A stretch of DNA of 64,000 nt from a bacterium (GTDB taxonomy: Bacteria; Bacillota_I; Bacilli_A; RFN20; CAG-826). Under the pieces are notes generated by a model. That model was not told where the DNA came from, ran no database searches, and was given only the letters and a program-made list of their open reading frames with translations. The DNA lies in NCBI GenBank assembly GCA_963616935.1, contig CAVEMS010000002.1, forward strand, positions 64,396-128,395. Direction: 5' to 3'. This document shows positions 26,509 to 36,210 of the stretch, one piece after another (the first letter of the stretch is position 1; every line of letters begins with the position of its first letter). The translations under genes were made by a program, and so were the position numbers.

Positions 26509-27678
26509 ATGGATAAGATTTTGATTTCCGCCTGCTTATTAGGCGACAAGACGAAATACGATGGCGGAGATAATTACCTCCCCTTCATCGAGAAACTCAA
26601 GAAAAAATACGAGTTGGTGCCCTTTTGCCCTGAGATGGAAGGAGGGCTCGGATGCCCTCGCTCCCCTAGCGAAATCCAAAAAGACGGCTCAGTCAAGAAT
26701 AGCGAAGGCAAAGACGTCAGCTCTTCCTTCGCCAAAGGCGCCGAAAAAGCCTACCAAGCCTGCCGTTTCTTCGGCATCGGCATCGCCATATTGAAAGACG
26801 GCTCCCCGAGTTGCGGATCGCGTTACGTCTATGACGGCTCCTTCAAAGGGAACAAGGTCGAAGGGCTAGGAATCACGGCCAGACGTTTGATCGCCGCCGG
26901 CATCCGCGTCTATTCAAGCGAAGATAACCTCGATTTCTTGCTTGGCGAGACGGAAGAAGAGTACGAAAAGAGAAAGCAAGCCAATATCGAGAAAGTCAAA
27001 GCGAGGAAAGAGGCCGAAGAGCTCCGTAAAGCAGAAAAAGAAGCGAAAAAGGCCGAGAATTCCGAAAACGAATCCGAGCATAAGAAATACGAGAGAAAGC
27101 CACGTTCGTTCGATAGGAAGCGTTCCTTCCATAAGGACGATGGCGAATATTCATCTCGCCCACGCCGCTCCTACAAAAAGGATGGCGAGCGTTCCTTCCA
27201 TAAAGACGGGGAGAGAAGCTTCCACCGCGATGGCGAACACCGCTCATATAGAAAAGACGGGGAGAGAAGAAGCTTCCATAGAGACGATACGCGTCGCGAA
27301 TTTGCTCATCATGACGAAAGAAGACCGTTTACGAGAAACGACGGATATAAGAAAGACGGATATCGTAAGGACGGTTTCAAAAAGCGTGACTCCTTCGGCA
27401 AAAAACCGTACGGCGAAAGAAGAAACGACGAAGGATACGAAAGAAAGCCATTCAAAAAATACGGCGAGAGAAAGCCTTTCTCGAAAGACGGGTACCATAA
27501 AGACGGTGAGCGTCGCTCCTATCGAAAGGACGGCGAAAGAAGAAGCTTCGACAAAGGCCATTCCGAAAGAAGATACGGTCCGAAGAAATTCGGCGATAAG
27601 AAATTCGGAGAGAAGAAATTCGGATCGAAGAGATACGGCGATAAAAAACCGTATCGCGCCAAGAAAAACGAAGACTGA
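26509..27678 (+). CDS. DUF523 (TudS/2-thiouracil desulfidase-like) domain protein with a roughly 240-aa highly charged repetitive C-terminal tail
   Basis: The N-terminal MDKILISACLLGDKTKYDGG with downstream Cys residues fits DUF523. From about residue 190 come K/R/D/E-rich repeats (RSFHKDGE, RSYRKDGE, KKFG x4). The preferred start is ATG 26509, 12 nt after TATAAT; the ORF track starts at 26386. Confidence 0.55.
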   Translation: MDKILISACLLGDKTKYDGGDNYLPFIEKLKKKYELVPFCPEMEGGLGCPRSPSEIQKDGSVKNSEGKDVSSSFAKGAEKAYQACRFFGIGIAILKDGSPSCGSRYVYDGSFKGNKVEGLGITARRLIAAGIRVYSSEDNLDFLLGETEEEYEKRKQANIEKVKARKEAEELRKAEKEAKKAENSENESEHKKYERKPRSFDRKRSFHKDDGEYSSRPRRSYKKDGERSFHKDGERSFHRDGEHRSYRKDGERRSFHRDDTRREFAHHDERRPFTRNDGYKKDGYRKDGFKKRDSFGKKPYGERRNDEGYERKPFKKYGERKPFSKDGYHKDGERRSYRKDGERRSFDKGHSERRYGPKKFGDKKFGEKKFGSKRYGDKKPYRAKKNED

Positions 27679-27853
27679 TTCCCTCGCTTATTGCAATCAT
27701 GCCAGCATCGATTTGTGTGCTGGCTTTTTTTGAACGCTTCAATCAAAAAATTGCAAAAAATGTGTTTTCGCACACTTTTTGAAACTTTTTTCTATAAAAT
27801 TTTGATTTTTTGCATTTTTAAGTTACAATTTATGTGCGAAAGGATTGATCGCT

Positions 27854-29167
27854 ATGGAAATAAAGAGAGACTTTTATCTCAAAAAATTAATCCGCAGCAT
27901 GCATAATGGGATGATTAAGGTGATAACCGGGATAAGGCGCTGCGGAAAGTCATATTTATTAGACCCATTATTCAAAGACTACCTTCTGTCAACCGGCGTT
28001 TCCAAGGAGAGGATAATCAAAATCGATCTTTCCTCTTCCTCCAATTTCGAACTCACCAATCCAATCCTCCTTCGGGACTACATCATAGACAAGCTCAACA
28101 AAGAAGATCAGTTTTACCTATTCGTCGACGAAATACAGCTATGTGAAAGCATTGATAATCCCGCATTCAACGGATACAAAACGTCCGACGGTCATGTTCC
28201 ACAAATAAATTTCTATCAAATTCTCAACGGGCTTCTGTCAGAATACAAAAACGTTGATGTCTATGTCACCGGTAGCAATTCGCACCTCCTTTCTTCCGAT
28301 ATCCTCACGGATTTCCGAGGAAGAGGATGGCAGATCGATCTATCCCCCTTCTCCTTTTCGGAGTATAAAGAGGCGTTTCCTTCGAAAGACGCCAGGCTTG
28401 CATTCGAAGAATATTTGACTTTCGGCGGGATGCCTGGAGCCATACCCTATGGCAATTATGACGACAAAATCGAATATCTAACGAATCTTTTCGAGCTCAC
28501 TTATTTCAAAGATATCGTGGAACATGGAAGCATCAAAGAAAATAGGCCCATAAAAGAGCTGGCAATGGTGCTTTCCTCAAATGAAGGCTCGCTCATCTCG
28601 GTAAAGAGAATATCAGAGCTTTTCAAAGAAAAAGTCGATAAAAGCTTCAGTCGCCAAACAATTGAGAAATATATCGATGTCCTCAAGGACTCATTCTTGA
28701 TAAGTGAGGTAGAACGCTTCGACGTCAAAGGCAACAAAATCATCGGAAGCAGCAAAAAATACTATTTCGCCGACTGTGGGTTAAGGAATGCGCTTCTTAA
28801 CTTCAAGCAAAGCGATCGCGGTCGTTTGATGGAATCAGTCATATATAGAGACTTAAAGAGGCGCGGATACGCCGTCAATGTCGGAGTCGTCCCGGTGATA
28901 GAAACCGCGCAAGACGGCTCGAGATCGCGAAGGCAATTCGAAATAGATTTCATAGCCAGCAAAGGAAATAAGAAAATCTACATTCAATCGGCTTATAGGA
29001 TTTATGACGACGAGAAACTGAAGCAGGAATCGAATTCTTTTCTAAAAATCGACGATTCATATAGGAAAATCATAATTGAGGGCGATCTCTATACGCCCTA
29101 TACCGACCAAAACGGAATAGAGCACGTCGGCGTCATCGATTTCCTCTTAAACGAAGAACGCGACTAA
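27854..29167 (+). CDS. AAA+ ATPase of the COG1373/DUF4143 family, paralog 2
   Basis: Walker A GIRRCGKSYLL, Walker B LFVDEIQ, C-terminal block FEIDFIASKG. The preferred start is ATG 27854 with AGGA 9 nt upstream; the ORF track uses TTG 27845. A candidate promoter is TTGATT(27812-27817)-16-TACAAT(27834-27839). Confidence 0.75.
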   Translation: MEIKRDFYLKKLIRSMHNGMIKVITGIRRCGKSYLLDPLFKDYLLSTGVSKERIIKIDLSSSSNFELTNPILLRDYIIDKLNKEDQFYLFVDEIQLCESIDNPAFNGYKTSDGHVPQINFYQILNGLLSEYKNVDVYVTGSNSHLLSSDILTDFRGRGWQIDLSPFSFSEYKEAFPSKDARLAFEEYLTFGGMPGAIPYGNYDDKIEYLTNLFELTYFKDIVEHGSIKENRPIKELAMVLSSNEGSLISVKRISELFKEKVDKSFSRQTIEKYIDVLKDSFLISEVERFDVKGNKIIGSSKKYYFADCGLRNALLNFKQSDRGRLMESVIYRDLKRRGYAVNVGVVPVIETAQDGSRSRRQFEIDFIASKGNKKIYIQSAYRIYDDEKLKQESNSFLKIDDSYRKIIIEGDLYTPYTDQNGIEHVGVIDFLLNEERD

Positions 29168-29197
29168 GACATCGGATTTGCCTATTCCTTCGAACAT

Positions 29198-29245
29198 AAA
29201 AATCCCATGGTGGTGACCTAGGAAGCAGGTGCCGTCATGGGATTT
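29198..29245. terminator. hairpin between the convergent COG1373 paralog 2 (+) and the lipoprotein gene (-)
   Basis: AAAAATCCCATG ... 26-nt loop ... CATGGGATTT: an 8-bp stem with flanking A/T runs. The loop is unusually long. Confidence 0.4.
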
Positions 29246-29262
29246 CGGTTTAAAGGAACGCA

Positions 29263-30777
29263 CTAAAAAGCGAAGATGTTAGAAATGTAGCATGCGCCGG
29301 CGGTTGCCGATCCGAATTCAAAGCTAAGCGAGGTTCCAGAACCAGCGTTATTAGCGATATTTCGCATATCCTCATTCGATATTTCGTGGGCAATCCAACC
29401 ATTGCCCAAATCGCTTTGCGAAGTTCCTTCGACCACCCTTACGCCGCCTAAGGAAAGCTTAACGCTCGAAGAAGAGAGGTTTTTGGTGTAGAAAACGCCT
29501 TTTTTGTTGGCATCGGACGATGGCGGATCCCATTCGCTGGTGCCAGCGCTAGACAAATCGACGTCGACGATAAGCGAATCGACGTCGTCGCTTAGCGAGA
29601 AGGACATCGCGTTATTTAGCCCGTCGACGTTTGTTTCCAAAGCGTAAGAACCGAGTTCCGTTTCACCGTTTTTGTATTTTCCCGAAACGCTAGCGACCAA
29701 GACGTCATCGAAGGAATTCGCTTTAGAGCTTAACGCGCTCACATCGTCTTTCTCATCGATGAATTCTTGCCACATCGCATCGAGCGAATTATAGGAAGCG
29801 ACGGCATCTAGGGCCGCATCGCGATAGAAAGGAACGAGTTCCTCGCTAGATGGCAAGGCATCGAAGGCCTTATTGACCGAGTAAATATCAGAAGTTCCAT
29901 AGACTCCGCTAAAAGCCCACTCCCCTTCATTCGCCGCGATTCCACTATCGAAATAGAAGCCGATTCCGCCATCGTTCTTGAAGGCCTTCCAAGCGCTCGC
30001 ATCGAATATGACGAGATTCCAGCCCTCCGATAGGCTAACGTCCATCGAGGAATTGCCAAGGTTCGTGGCGATTCTTATGTTTGTGGCGTAAGGCGCTTTG
30101 ACATACATCACGCCCTGCCCATTGACCTCGTATTTGTTGAATGAGGTGAAGGTGAGGTACTCGGCGTCAGTAAGCGAAGAATTCGCCTTCATCGTGAAAG
30201 AATATCCCTTTTCGGTCAAGACGGCGTTCGAATATTCATAGGATTCGCTTGGCGTATGGCCAACTTTCGAGCTCCATTCGCCACTAGAGAAGTCAAGCGC
30301 CGACGTGAAAGTGTACATATACGCGATCATCGCCTTATATACTTTCCCTTCGCCATAGGCGCTAGAAGCGCTATCGGTGTAAATCTCGGTATAGTACTTG
30401 AAGGCAGCGCACTGATCGTCATAGGGATCATGTCCCTTGGTATCTCCTAACAAAACGTCCAATTCGTCGAATGACAACATGTATCGGTCGTCGTCTTTCT
30501 CAACGCCGGTTAGCGGATTCGTCCCCTCTTCGATTTTTCCATCCGTCGGAGCGCTAAAATAATGCGAACTATCTTTGCAACTCACCCAATATTCGCGGAT
30601 GCCGCCTTTCGTTTTGGTCGGGTCCACCGCCGCATAATGCTTATAAACCAAAGAGGCATCAGCCGTCAAAGCGACAGGATTCTCGTTGGCTTTGACCGCC
30701 ATCACCGTCCCTAGGACGAGGAGAGACGAGCACGCGGTCAAGAACAATGCGCACATTTTTTTGTTTTGTTTCTTCAT
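29263..30777 (-). CDS. secreted or membrane-anchored surface protein, function unknown
   Basis: 504 aa. The N-terminal MKKQNKKMCALFLTACSSLLVLGTVMAV is a signal/anchor with an LTAC lipobox-like element. The mature part is Ser/Asp/Tyr-rich. Confidence 0.5.
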   Translation of the reverse strand: MKKQNKKMCALFLTACSSLLVLGTVMAVKANENPVALTADASLVYKHYAAVDPTKTKGGIREYWVSCKDSSHYFSAPTDGKIEEGTNPLTGVEKDDDRYMLSFDELDVLLGDTKGHDPYDDQCAAFKYYTEIYTDSASSAYGEGKVYKAMIAYMYTFTSALDFSSGEWSSKVGHTPSESYEYSNAVLTEKGYSFTMKANSSLTDAEYLTFTSFNKYEVNGQGVMYVKAPYATNIRIATNLGNSSMDVSLSEGWNLVIFDASAWKAFKNDGGIGFYFDSGIAANEGEWAFSGVYGTSDIYSVNKAFDALPSSEELVPFYRDAALDAVASYNSLDAMWQEFIDEKDDVSALSSKANSFDDVLVASVSGKYKNGETELGSYALETNVDGLNNAMSFSLSDDVDSLIVDVDLSSAGTSEWDPPSSDANKKGVFYTKNLSSSSVKLSLGGVRVVEGTSQSDLGNGWIAHEISNEDMRNIANNAGSGTSLSFEFGSATAGACYISNIFAF

Positions 30778-30952
30778 TTCTTCCCCTCCGAACGCGCATA
30801 TATTATTTAAATAATTGCATCATTCAACAAAAATGCTCACCGGATACTAAGTAAAGCGCTTTCTTATCGCCCGATATCGGGAGATTGCCTTACCAAGTTT
30901 CTAGAGCGCAAAGTTTTTTGAAAATCGGATATACAGAATACATGGCATAACG

Positions 30953-30978
30953 AAAAAGGAGGCCGAAGCCTCCCTTTT
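30953..30978. terminator. bidirectional intrinsic terminator after the malK-like gene
   Basis: AAAAA-GGAGGCcgaaGCCTCC-CTTTT, 14 nt beyond the malK-like stop. Confidence 0.7.
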
Positions 30979-30991
30979 ATTGAAATCAGGA

Positions 30992-32515
30992 TTAATAGAT
31001 TCTCTTTTCGGTCTTCGGATCGAAGATATGAGCCTTCGGGAAGTCGAAGAGGACTTTCATCTGATCGCCGCTCTTGATCGGATGGGTAAGAGGAATCTTG
31101 GCGATGACGTCGGTGCCACAGAGATCGGTATGGACGTAATATTCGTGGCCAAGAAGCTCGGCGACGGTGACGGTGATGTCGAATGGGTCGCTCTTATACT
31201 TGGCGGCGTGGGTGGCGTCGCCTTCGTGGATGTCTTCTGGGCGGATGCCATAGATGACTTCGTGGACACCGCTTTCGATGGCGGCGTTGATCTCATCGAG
31301 CGAATTCTTGATGGCGGCGATTTTCTTGGTGAGCTCGGCATCGGGATCCTTAAGCGCGGCAATCTTGGCGGAAACGTCGGCGATACGGTTGGTATGGGCC
31401 TCTTCCTTGCCTTCTTCCGGCGTTTGGGCCTTAAGGGCTTCAAGGCTCTCTTCGAGCGAGGCAATCTTGGCGGCACGCTTTGGATCGGCGTCGCTTGCGG
31501 CTTTCTTCTCATTCCAAGAAGAGGTGGCTTTATCGAGTTCGGCGGTAAGTTCGGCCTTGCGGTTCAAATAGAAGTCCTCATGGGCTTTCTTGGCATCGGC
31601 GCTGAGCTTGATTTCGTAGCCGTTTGAGAACTTGAGGACGCCATTGTCGTAATTGGCTTTGAGCAAATTCATGGCTGGGCTGCCGATAAAGGAAGCGACG
31701 AAGAGGTTGGCCGGATGGTTATAGATTTCGATCGGGGTGCCGATTTGCTGGATATAACCGAGTTTCATGACGACGATTCTCGAAGCCATGGTCATAGCCT
31801 CGGTCTGGTCGTGGGTGACGTAGATCGTCGTCGCGCCAAGAGATTCGTGGAGTTTGATGATCTCGCTTCTCATTTGGACGCGGAGCTTGGCATCGAGGTT
31901 CGATAACGGCTCATCCATCAAGAAGACCTTGGCGTTACGGACGATGGCGCGGCCGAGGGCGACACGCTGACGCTGGCCACCGGATAAGGCTTTTGGCTTA
32001 CGATCGAGGAATTGCTCGATTTGAAGAATCTTGGCGGCGGCGTGGACGCGCTCGTCGATCTCTTGCTTCGGAAGGTGTCTGATCTTAAGTCCGAAGGCCA
32101 TGTTGTTATAAACCGTCATATGCGGATACAAGGCATAGCTCTGGAAGACCATGGCGATGTCGCGGTCTTTCGGCGATTTGTCGTTGGCGTATTCGCCGTC
32201 GATATATAGGGAGCCATTCGTGATGTCTTCCAAACCGGCGATCATACGCAAAGTGGTCGACTTTCCGCATCCGGAAGGACCGACGAAGACGATGAATTCC
32301 TGTTTTTTGATGTCAAGGGTGAAATCGAAGACGGCTTGGACGCCATTGTCATAGACTTTGTCGACGTGGCGCAAAGAGACGTAAGCCAAGTCCTTCGGCT
32401 CCCCATCCCCTTCTAAAGCAGCGATTTCTTCTTGTCTCGCTTTTATCTCGTCGCGAGTGACGACGTGAAGGCCGAGTTTGTTCTCTTCGGCTTTCTTTTT
32501 CTTGAATAAGGCCAT
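30992..32515 (-). CDS. sugar-import ABC transporter ATP-binding protein (MalK/MsmK-like) with an inserted coiled-coil segment
   Basis: Walker [10 protein letters not shown], signature LSGGQRQR, Walker [14 protein letters not shown]-loop VTHD and a C-terminal TOBE-like region. An insert of about 110 aa, Ala/Lys/Glu-rich (AKKAHEDF...AAIESG), interrupts the regulatory domain. The preferred start is MALFKKKK at 32515; the ORF track uses TTG 32584. Confidence 0.8.
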   Translation of the reverse strand: MALFKKKKAEENKLGLHVVTRDEIKARQEEIAALEGDGEPKDLAYVSLRHVDKVYDNGVQAVFDFTLDIKKQEFIVFVGPSGCGKSTTLRMIAGLEDITNGSLYIDGEYANDKSPKDRDIAMVFQSYALYPHMTVYNNMAFGLKIRHLPKQEIDERVHAAAKILQIEQFLDRKPKALSGGQRQRVALGRAIVRNAKVFLMDEPLSNLDAKLRVQMRSEIIKLHESLGATTIYVTHDQTEAMTMASRIVVMKLGYIQQIGTPIEIYNHPANLFVASFIGSPAMNLLKANYDNGVLKFSNGYEIKLSADAKKAHEDFYLNRKAELTAELDKATSSWNEKKAASDADPKRAAKIASLEESLEALKAQTPEEGKEEAHTNRIADVSAKIAALKDPDAELTKKIAAIKNSLDEINAAIESGVHEVIYGIRPEDIHEGDATHAAKYKSDPFDITVTVAELLGHEYYVHTDLCGTDVIAKIPLTHPIKSGDQMKVLFDFPKAHIFDPKTEKRIY

Positions 32516-32609
32516 TATGTTCTCCTTTGGTGTTGCGATTAGTCTATCGTATCCGAAAGTGGTTGTCTTGTGCAAAGTGCACAAATCACATAAACAAGTT
32601 TATAGGAAG

Positions 32610-33179
32610 TTAATTTTGCGAGCAAAGCTGGAAATAGAATTCGAGCAATAAGGCGTTATGGTATTCCCGGATATCGAGTCCCGTTTGCTCAACGAAAGCG
32701 TTCAAACGGTAATTGAATGTGTTCCTATGTATGTATAGCAATTCCGCCGTCAAAGAGGCGTTCATGTTTGAACGAAGATACGCCCCGGCCGTGAGCATTA
32801 GCTCATGCGGGATATCCTTGAATTCGTTCTTAAGCAAAGGGATCGAGGTGAAATTGCCAAAGCTGAATTCCTTTAGTAGCAAATCGGTGAGGCAAACGAC
32901 TTGATTGGGAAAATAGGAGAGGGCTTCGACGAGGAGCTTCTCCGAAAGAGGCGAGCGTTTTGGCGCCTCCAAGAGGGTTATCGTCACGCCTAAATCGTCG
33001 TGGATCGTGAAGAAAGATGGAGCCAAAAGGATGCCGAATTTCGAGGGAGCCTCGATATATCCCCTCGTTTCGGAGTCGTAGGTTATCCTAAAAGGCATAT
33101 CGAAGGAAGATAAGGATTCCGAAAAGCCCTTCTTCGAGAATGGGGCGTTCGATATGAAGAAATAGAGGCAATCTTTCAT
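32610..33179 (-). CDS. PucR/CdaR-type helix-turn-helix regulatory protein (short)
   Basis: The C-terminal LTAELLYIHRNTFNYRLNAFVEQTGLDIREYHN matches the PucR C-terminal HTH (HTH_30) pattern. Confidence 0.5.
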   Translation of the reverse strand: MKDCLYFFISNAPFSKKGFSESLSSFDMPFRITYDSETRGYIEAPSKFGILLAPSFFTIHDDLGVTITLLEAPKRSPLSEKLLVEALSYFPNQVVCLTDLLLKEFSFGNFTSIPLLKNEFKDIPHELMLTAGAYLRSNMNASLTAELLYIHRNTFNYRLNAFVEQTGLDIREYHNALLLEFYFQLCSQN

Positions 33180-33199
33180 CTATCTAAATATACCCGATT

Positions 33200-33697
33200 T
33201 CAGTATTTTTGCTCCTGCCTTTGGTAATTGACGGCAAGCTTTGCCTTATAGGCGGCTTCCATATCCGAGTAGTCATAGCCCATCAAAGGCAAGAGATCTA
33301 GGAAGCTCGCGAAGGCGGCTTCATAATGCGAGGCGTCGCGGCTTTCGTCGAAGGAAAGGACCTTTTCGTAGACCTTGAGGATGCCTTGGCTTAGGGTCAT
33401 GCCCGTTTTCTTTAGCGTATGCCTATATTCGCTTACCCCTATCGCTAGCCCTAAGGACAAGATGAAATGAAGGGCATCGGCGTACTCGTCGAGTATCCTT
33501 TCTTTGGGCGAAGGGCCCTTTAACGACCAAAACTTAAAGCAACGAGTTTCGTTTGCGAATTCGCCTAATTCGACGAAAAGGGCGAGTAACCTCTTTTCGA
33601 AGGTCGTCTCATAGGTGACGCCAGGATGCTTAGAGGCGATATCGGCGTCTAACCCCTTCTGGAGCTCATAAAGCCCTTTAAAAGAATACTCAGTCAT
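33200..33697 (-). CDS. all-alpha NTP pyrophosphohydrolase (MazG/dimeric-dUTPase-like)
   Basis: 165 aa with helical acidic motifs FVELGEFANE and EYADALHFILSL, typical of the all-alpha NTP-PPase superfamily. Confidence 0.4.
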   Translation of the reverse strand: MTEYSFKGLYELQKGLDADIASKHPGVTYETTFEKRLLALFVELGEFANETRCFKFWSLKGPSPKERILDEYADALHFILSLGLAIGVSEYRHTLKKTGMTLSQGILKVYEKVLSFDESRDASHYEAAFASFLDLLPLMGYDYSDMEAAYKAKLAVNYQRQEQKY

Positions 33698-36107
33698 CTT
33701 GTTCTACCTCATATGGCGACAAATGCCAGACATCGTCGTTATAATCCTTGATCGTGCGGTCGCTAGAGAAGAAACCCGAACCGGCGATGTTATCGATGGC
33801 GGCCTTGGCGTAGCGGTGGGCGTCGAGATAGAACTCCTCGGACTCTTGGCAAGCCTTCGCATAGGATTCGTAATCCTTCAAAATGAAATATTGGTCGCCA
33901 CGGTTCATGATCTCGTCGAATATGATGCGGAAATGGTCCTTATAGGCCCAAGGTCCGCTAAAGAGGGAATCGATGATCCCTTTGATCTCAGGATTCGAGT
34001 TATAGATATCCCAGGGGTTATAGGAGCCTTTCGCGTATTCGGCCTCCACTTCCTCTTTGTTCATTCCGAAGATGATGGCGTTTTCCTTGCCGGCGAAATC
34101 GACGATCTCGATATTCGCGCCATCCATCGTGCCAAGCGTTATGGCCCCATTCATCATGAGTTTCATGTTGCTAGTGCCGCTCGCCTCTTTCCCGGCGGTG
34201 CTAATTTGCTCGCTTATGTCGGTGGCGGGGATAATCATCTCGCTAAGCGAAACGCCATAGTTCTCGACGAAGACGATCTTCATATACGGCGCGGCATCCG
34301 GATCGTTATTCACGACGTTAGCCACAGCCAAAATAAGCTCGATTATCCTTTTCGCATAGAGATAGCTTGGAGCCGCTTTGGCGCCGAATATATAGACGCG
34401 CTTCTTCATATGGAAGGAAGCGGGATCGGCCTTGAGTTTTTGATATAAGGCCATGATATGGAAGATGTTCAAAAGCTGTCTCTTATAGGCGTGGAGCCTC
34501 TTGATTTGGGAATCGAAGATGGCATCCGGATCGATCTCGATGCCGTAGTTTTCTTTGACGAAGGAAGCGAACTTCACCTTGTTATTGCGCTTGATCGCCA
34601 AATAGGCCTTTTGAACGGCCGGATCCTCGTCATAAGCGGCGAATTTCTTTATCTCGCTCATATCGGTGAGCCAGCCATCGCCGATTTTCTTGGTGATTAA
34701 AGAGGCTAGCTCGGGATTGCTATACATAAGCCAACGGCGATGGGAGACGCCATTGGTTTTGTTGTTGAATTTATACGGGAATAGCTCATAGAAATTCCTG
34801 AACGTCGATGTTTTTAGGATCTCCGAATGGATTTTGGCCACCCCGTTGACGCTAAATGAGGCATAAATCGCGAGATTGGCCATATGTATCTGCCCGTCTT
34901 TGATGATCTGCATCGCGTAGCGTTTGTTGTCGCTTACGCCTTTCTCCGATAGATAGGCGTTAAAACGGCGATTGATCTCCTCGATTATCATATAGACGCG
35001 GGGAAGCATTAATTGGACGTAGTTGACCGGCCATCTTTCGAGGGCTTCGGGCATCACGGTGTGGTTAGTGTAGGCGAATAGCTCTCCTACCATCTTCCAA
35101 GCCTCATCCCATCCCCAGCCGTATTCGTCCATAAGAAGACGCATGGTCTCGGGTATCGCCAAAATCGGATGGGTGTCGTTAAGCTGGAAGACATAGTGAT
35201 CGCTAAGGCGGTTAAGGGTTTTGAAGCGCCTCATCTCCCCTCTCATCGTGCTTTGTAGCCCAGCGCTCACCAAGAAATACTGTTGCCTAAGCCTTAGTAT
35301 CTTGCCATGCTCTGTGCTATCGTCCGGATAGAGGCCGAAGGAAAGTTCCTTGAGGGTCGACAGATAATCGTTGAAGGATGTGTTCTTCGGGAGGTTGCTT
35401 TCGCTTGGCTCGGCGCTCCATAGGCGCAAGGTGTTCGCCACGCCATTGCGGTAGCCGGGGACGCTGACGTCATAAGGGACGGCGCGGACGGAAGTCGCGT
35501 TGACGGTCCTTAGAGCATATTCGCCATTGGGCTTGATATACGTCTCGGCGTTGCCGCCGAATTGCACTTCCACCGCGTGCTTCGGTTTCCTCACCTCGAA
35601 AACGAAGCCGTTCGAAAGCCATTGATCCGGAAGCTCGGTTTGTTGCCCTTTGACGAATTTCTGGCGGAAGAAGCCATATTCGTAACGGATGGTGTTGCCA
35701 TGGAATGGGAGGCCTAAAGAAGCCGCGCTATCGAGGAAACAGGCGGCAAGCCTTCCTAAGCCGCCATTGCCTAGCCCGGCATCTGGCTCGATTTTCTCTA
35801 GCTCCTCTATATCGATTCCGAAATCCGCCAATCCGTCTTTGGCAATCTTATAGATGCCAAGGTTTTGCATATTGCTTCGAAGGAGCTTGCCGATTAGGAA
35901 TTCCATCGAGAAATAGATGCACTGCTTCTTCCCGGTCTTATAGATGTCTTCGCGGCAATTGCGCCAATAATATCCGGCGTAATCGCGGACCATCTCGCCA
36001 AGGATATCGTATTTCTCGGTGATATGGCTATCCTCGACGCTCCGTCCGTATTTCTCGCTTAGACGGCGCTCGAATTCCTGTTTGAAATCCATCTTATTGG
36101 CGAACAT
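33690..36107 (-). CDS. glgP: glycogen/alpha-glucan phosphorylase (GT35)
   Basis: 805 aa with the pyridoxal-phosphate site EASGTSNMKLMMNGAITLGTMDGANIE. Confidence 0.9.
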   Translation of the reverse strand: MFANKMDFKQEFERRLSEKYGRSVEDSHITEKYDILGEMVRDYAGYYWRNCREDIYKTGKKQCIYFSMEFLIGKLLRSNMQNLGIYKIAKDGLADFGIDIEELEKIEPDAGLGNGGLGRLAACFLDSAASLGLPFHGNTIRYEYGFFRQKFVKGQQTELPDQWLSNGFVFEVRKPKHAVEVQFGGNAETYIKPNGEYALRTVNATSVRAVPYDVSVPGYRNGVANTLRLWSAEPSESNLPKNTSFNDYLSTLKELSFGLYPDDSTEHGKILRLRQQYFLVSAGLQSTMRGEMRRFKTLNRLSDHYVFQLNDTHPILAIPETMRLLMDEYGWGWDEAWKMVGELFAYTNHTVMPEALERWPVNYVQLMLPRVYMIIEEINRRFNAYLSEKGVSDNKRYAMQIIKDGQIHMANLAIYASFSVNGVAKIHSEILKTSTFRNFYELFPYKFNNKTNGVSHRRWLMYSNPELASLITKKIGDGWLTDMSEIKKFAAYDEDPAVQKAYLAIKRNNKVKFASFVKENYGIEIDPDAIFDSQIKRLHAYKRQLLNIFHIMALYQKLKADPASFHMKKRVYIFGAKAAPSYLYAKRIIELILAVANVVNNDPDAAPYMKIVFVENYGVSLSEMIIPATDISEQISTAGKEASGTSNMKLMMNGAITLGTMDGANIEIVDFAGKENAIIFGMNKEEVEAEYAKGSYNPWDIYNSNPEIKGIIDSLFSGPWAYKDHFRIIFDEIMNRGDQYFILKDYESYAKACQESEEFYLDAHRYAKAAIDNIAGSGFFSSDRTIKDYNDDVWHLSPYEVEQDD

Positions 36108-36210
36108 ATATGTCTCCTTGTCTTGCTATTCGAAAAGCACGCCTATTATCTTATAACTTATATTCGTTCTTTTTAATCGTTTGTTAGCGGTTTCCGAAAA
36201 TTCGAAGGGC

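Noticed and set aside
26942-27773. Overlapping ORFs in the DUF523 tail region: 26942-27733 (+, poly-K/R/S) and 26996-27247, 27244-27561, 27452-27742, 27519-27773 (all minus strand)
   Set aside because: They are alternative frames of the repetitive charged-tail coding DNA. The frame continuous with the DUF523 domain and its start context is preferred.
31057-31571. Pro/Ser/Arg-rich 151-aa ORF (31057-31512, minus) and Ala/Ser-rich 105-aa ORF (31254-31571, plus) overlapping the malK-like gene
   Set aside because: They arise from the low-complexity Ala/Lys/Glu insert of the malK-like gene read in other frames.
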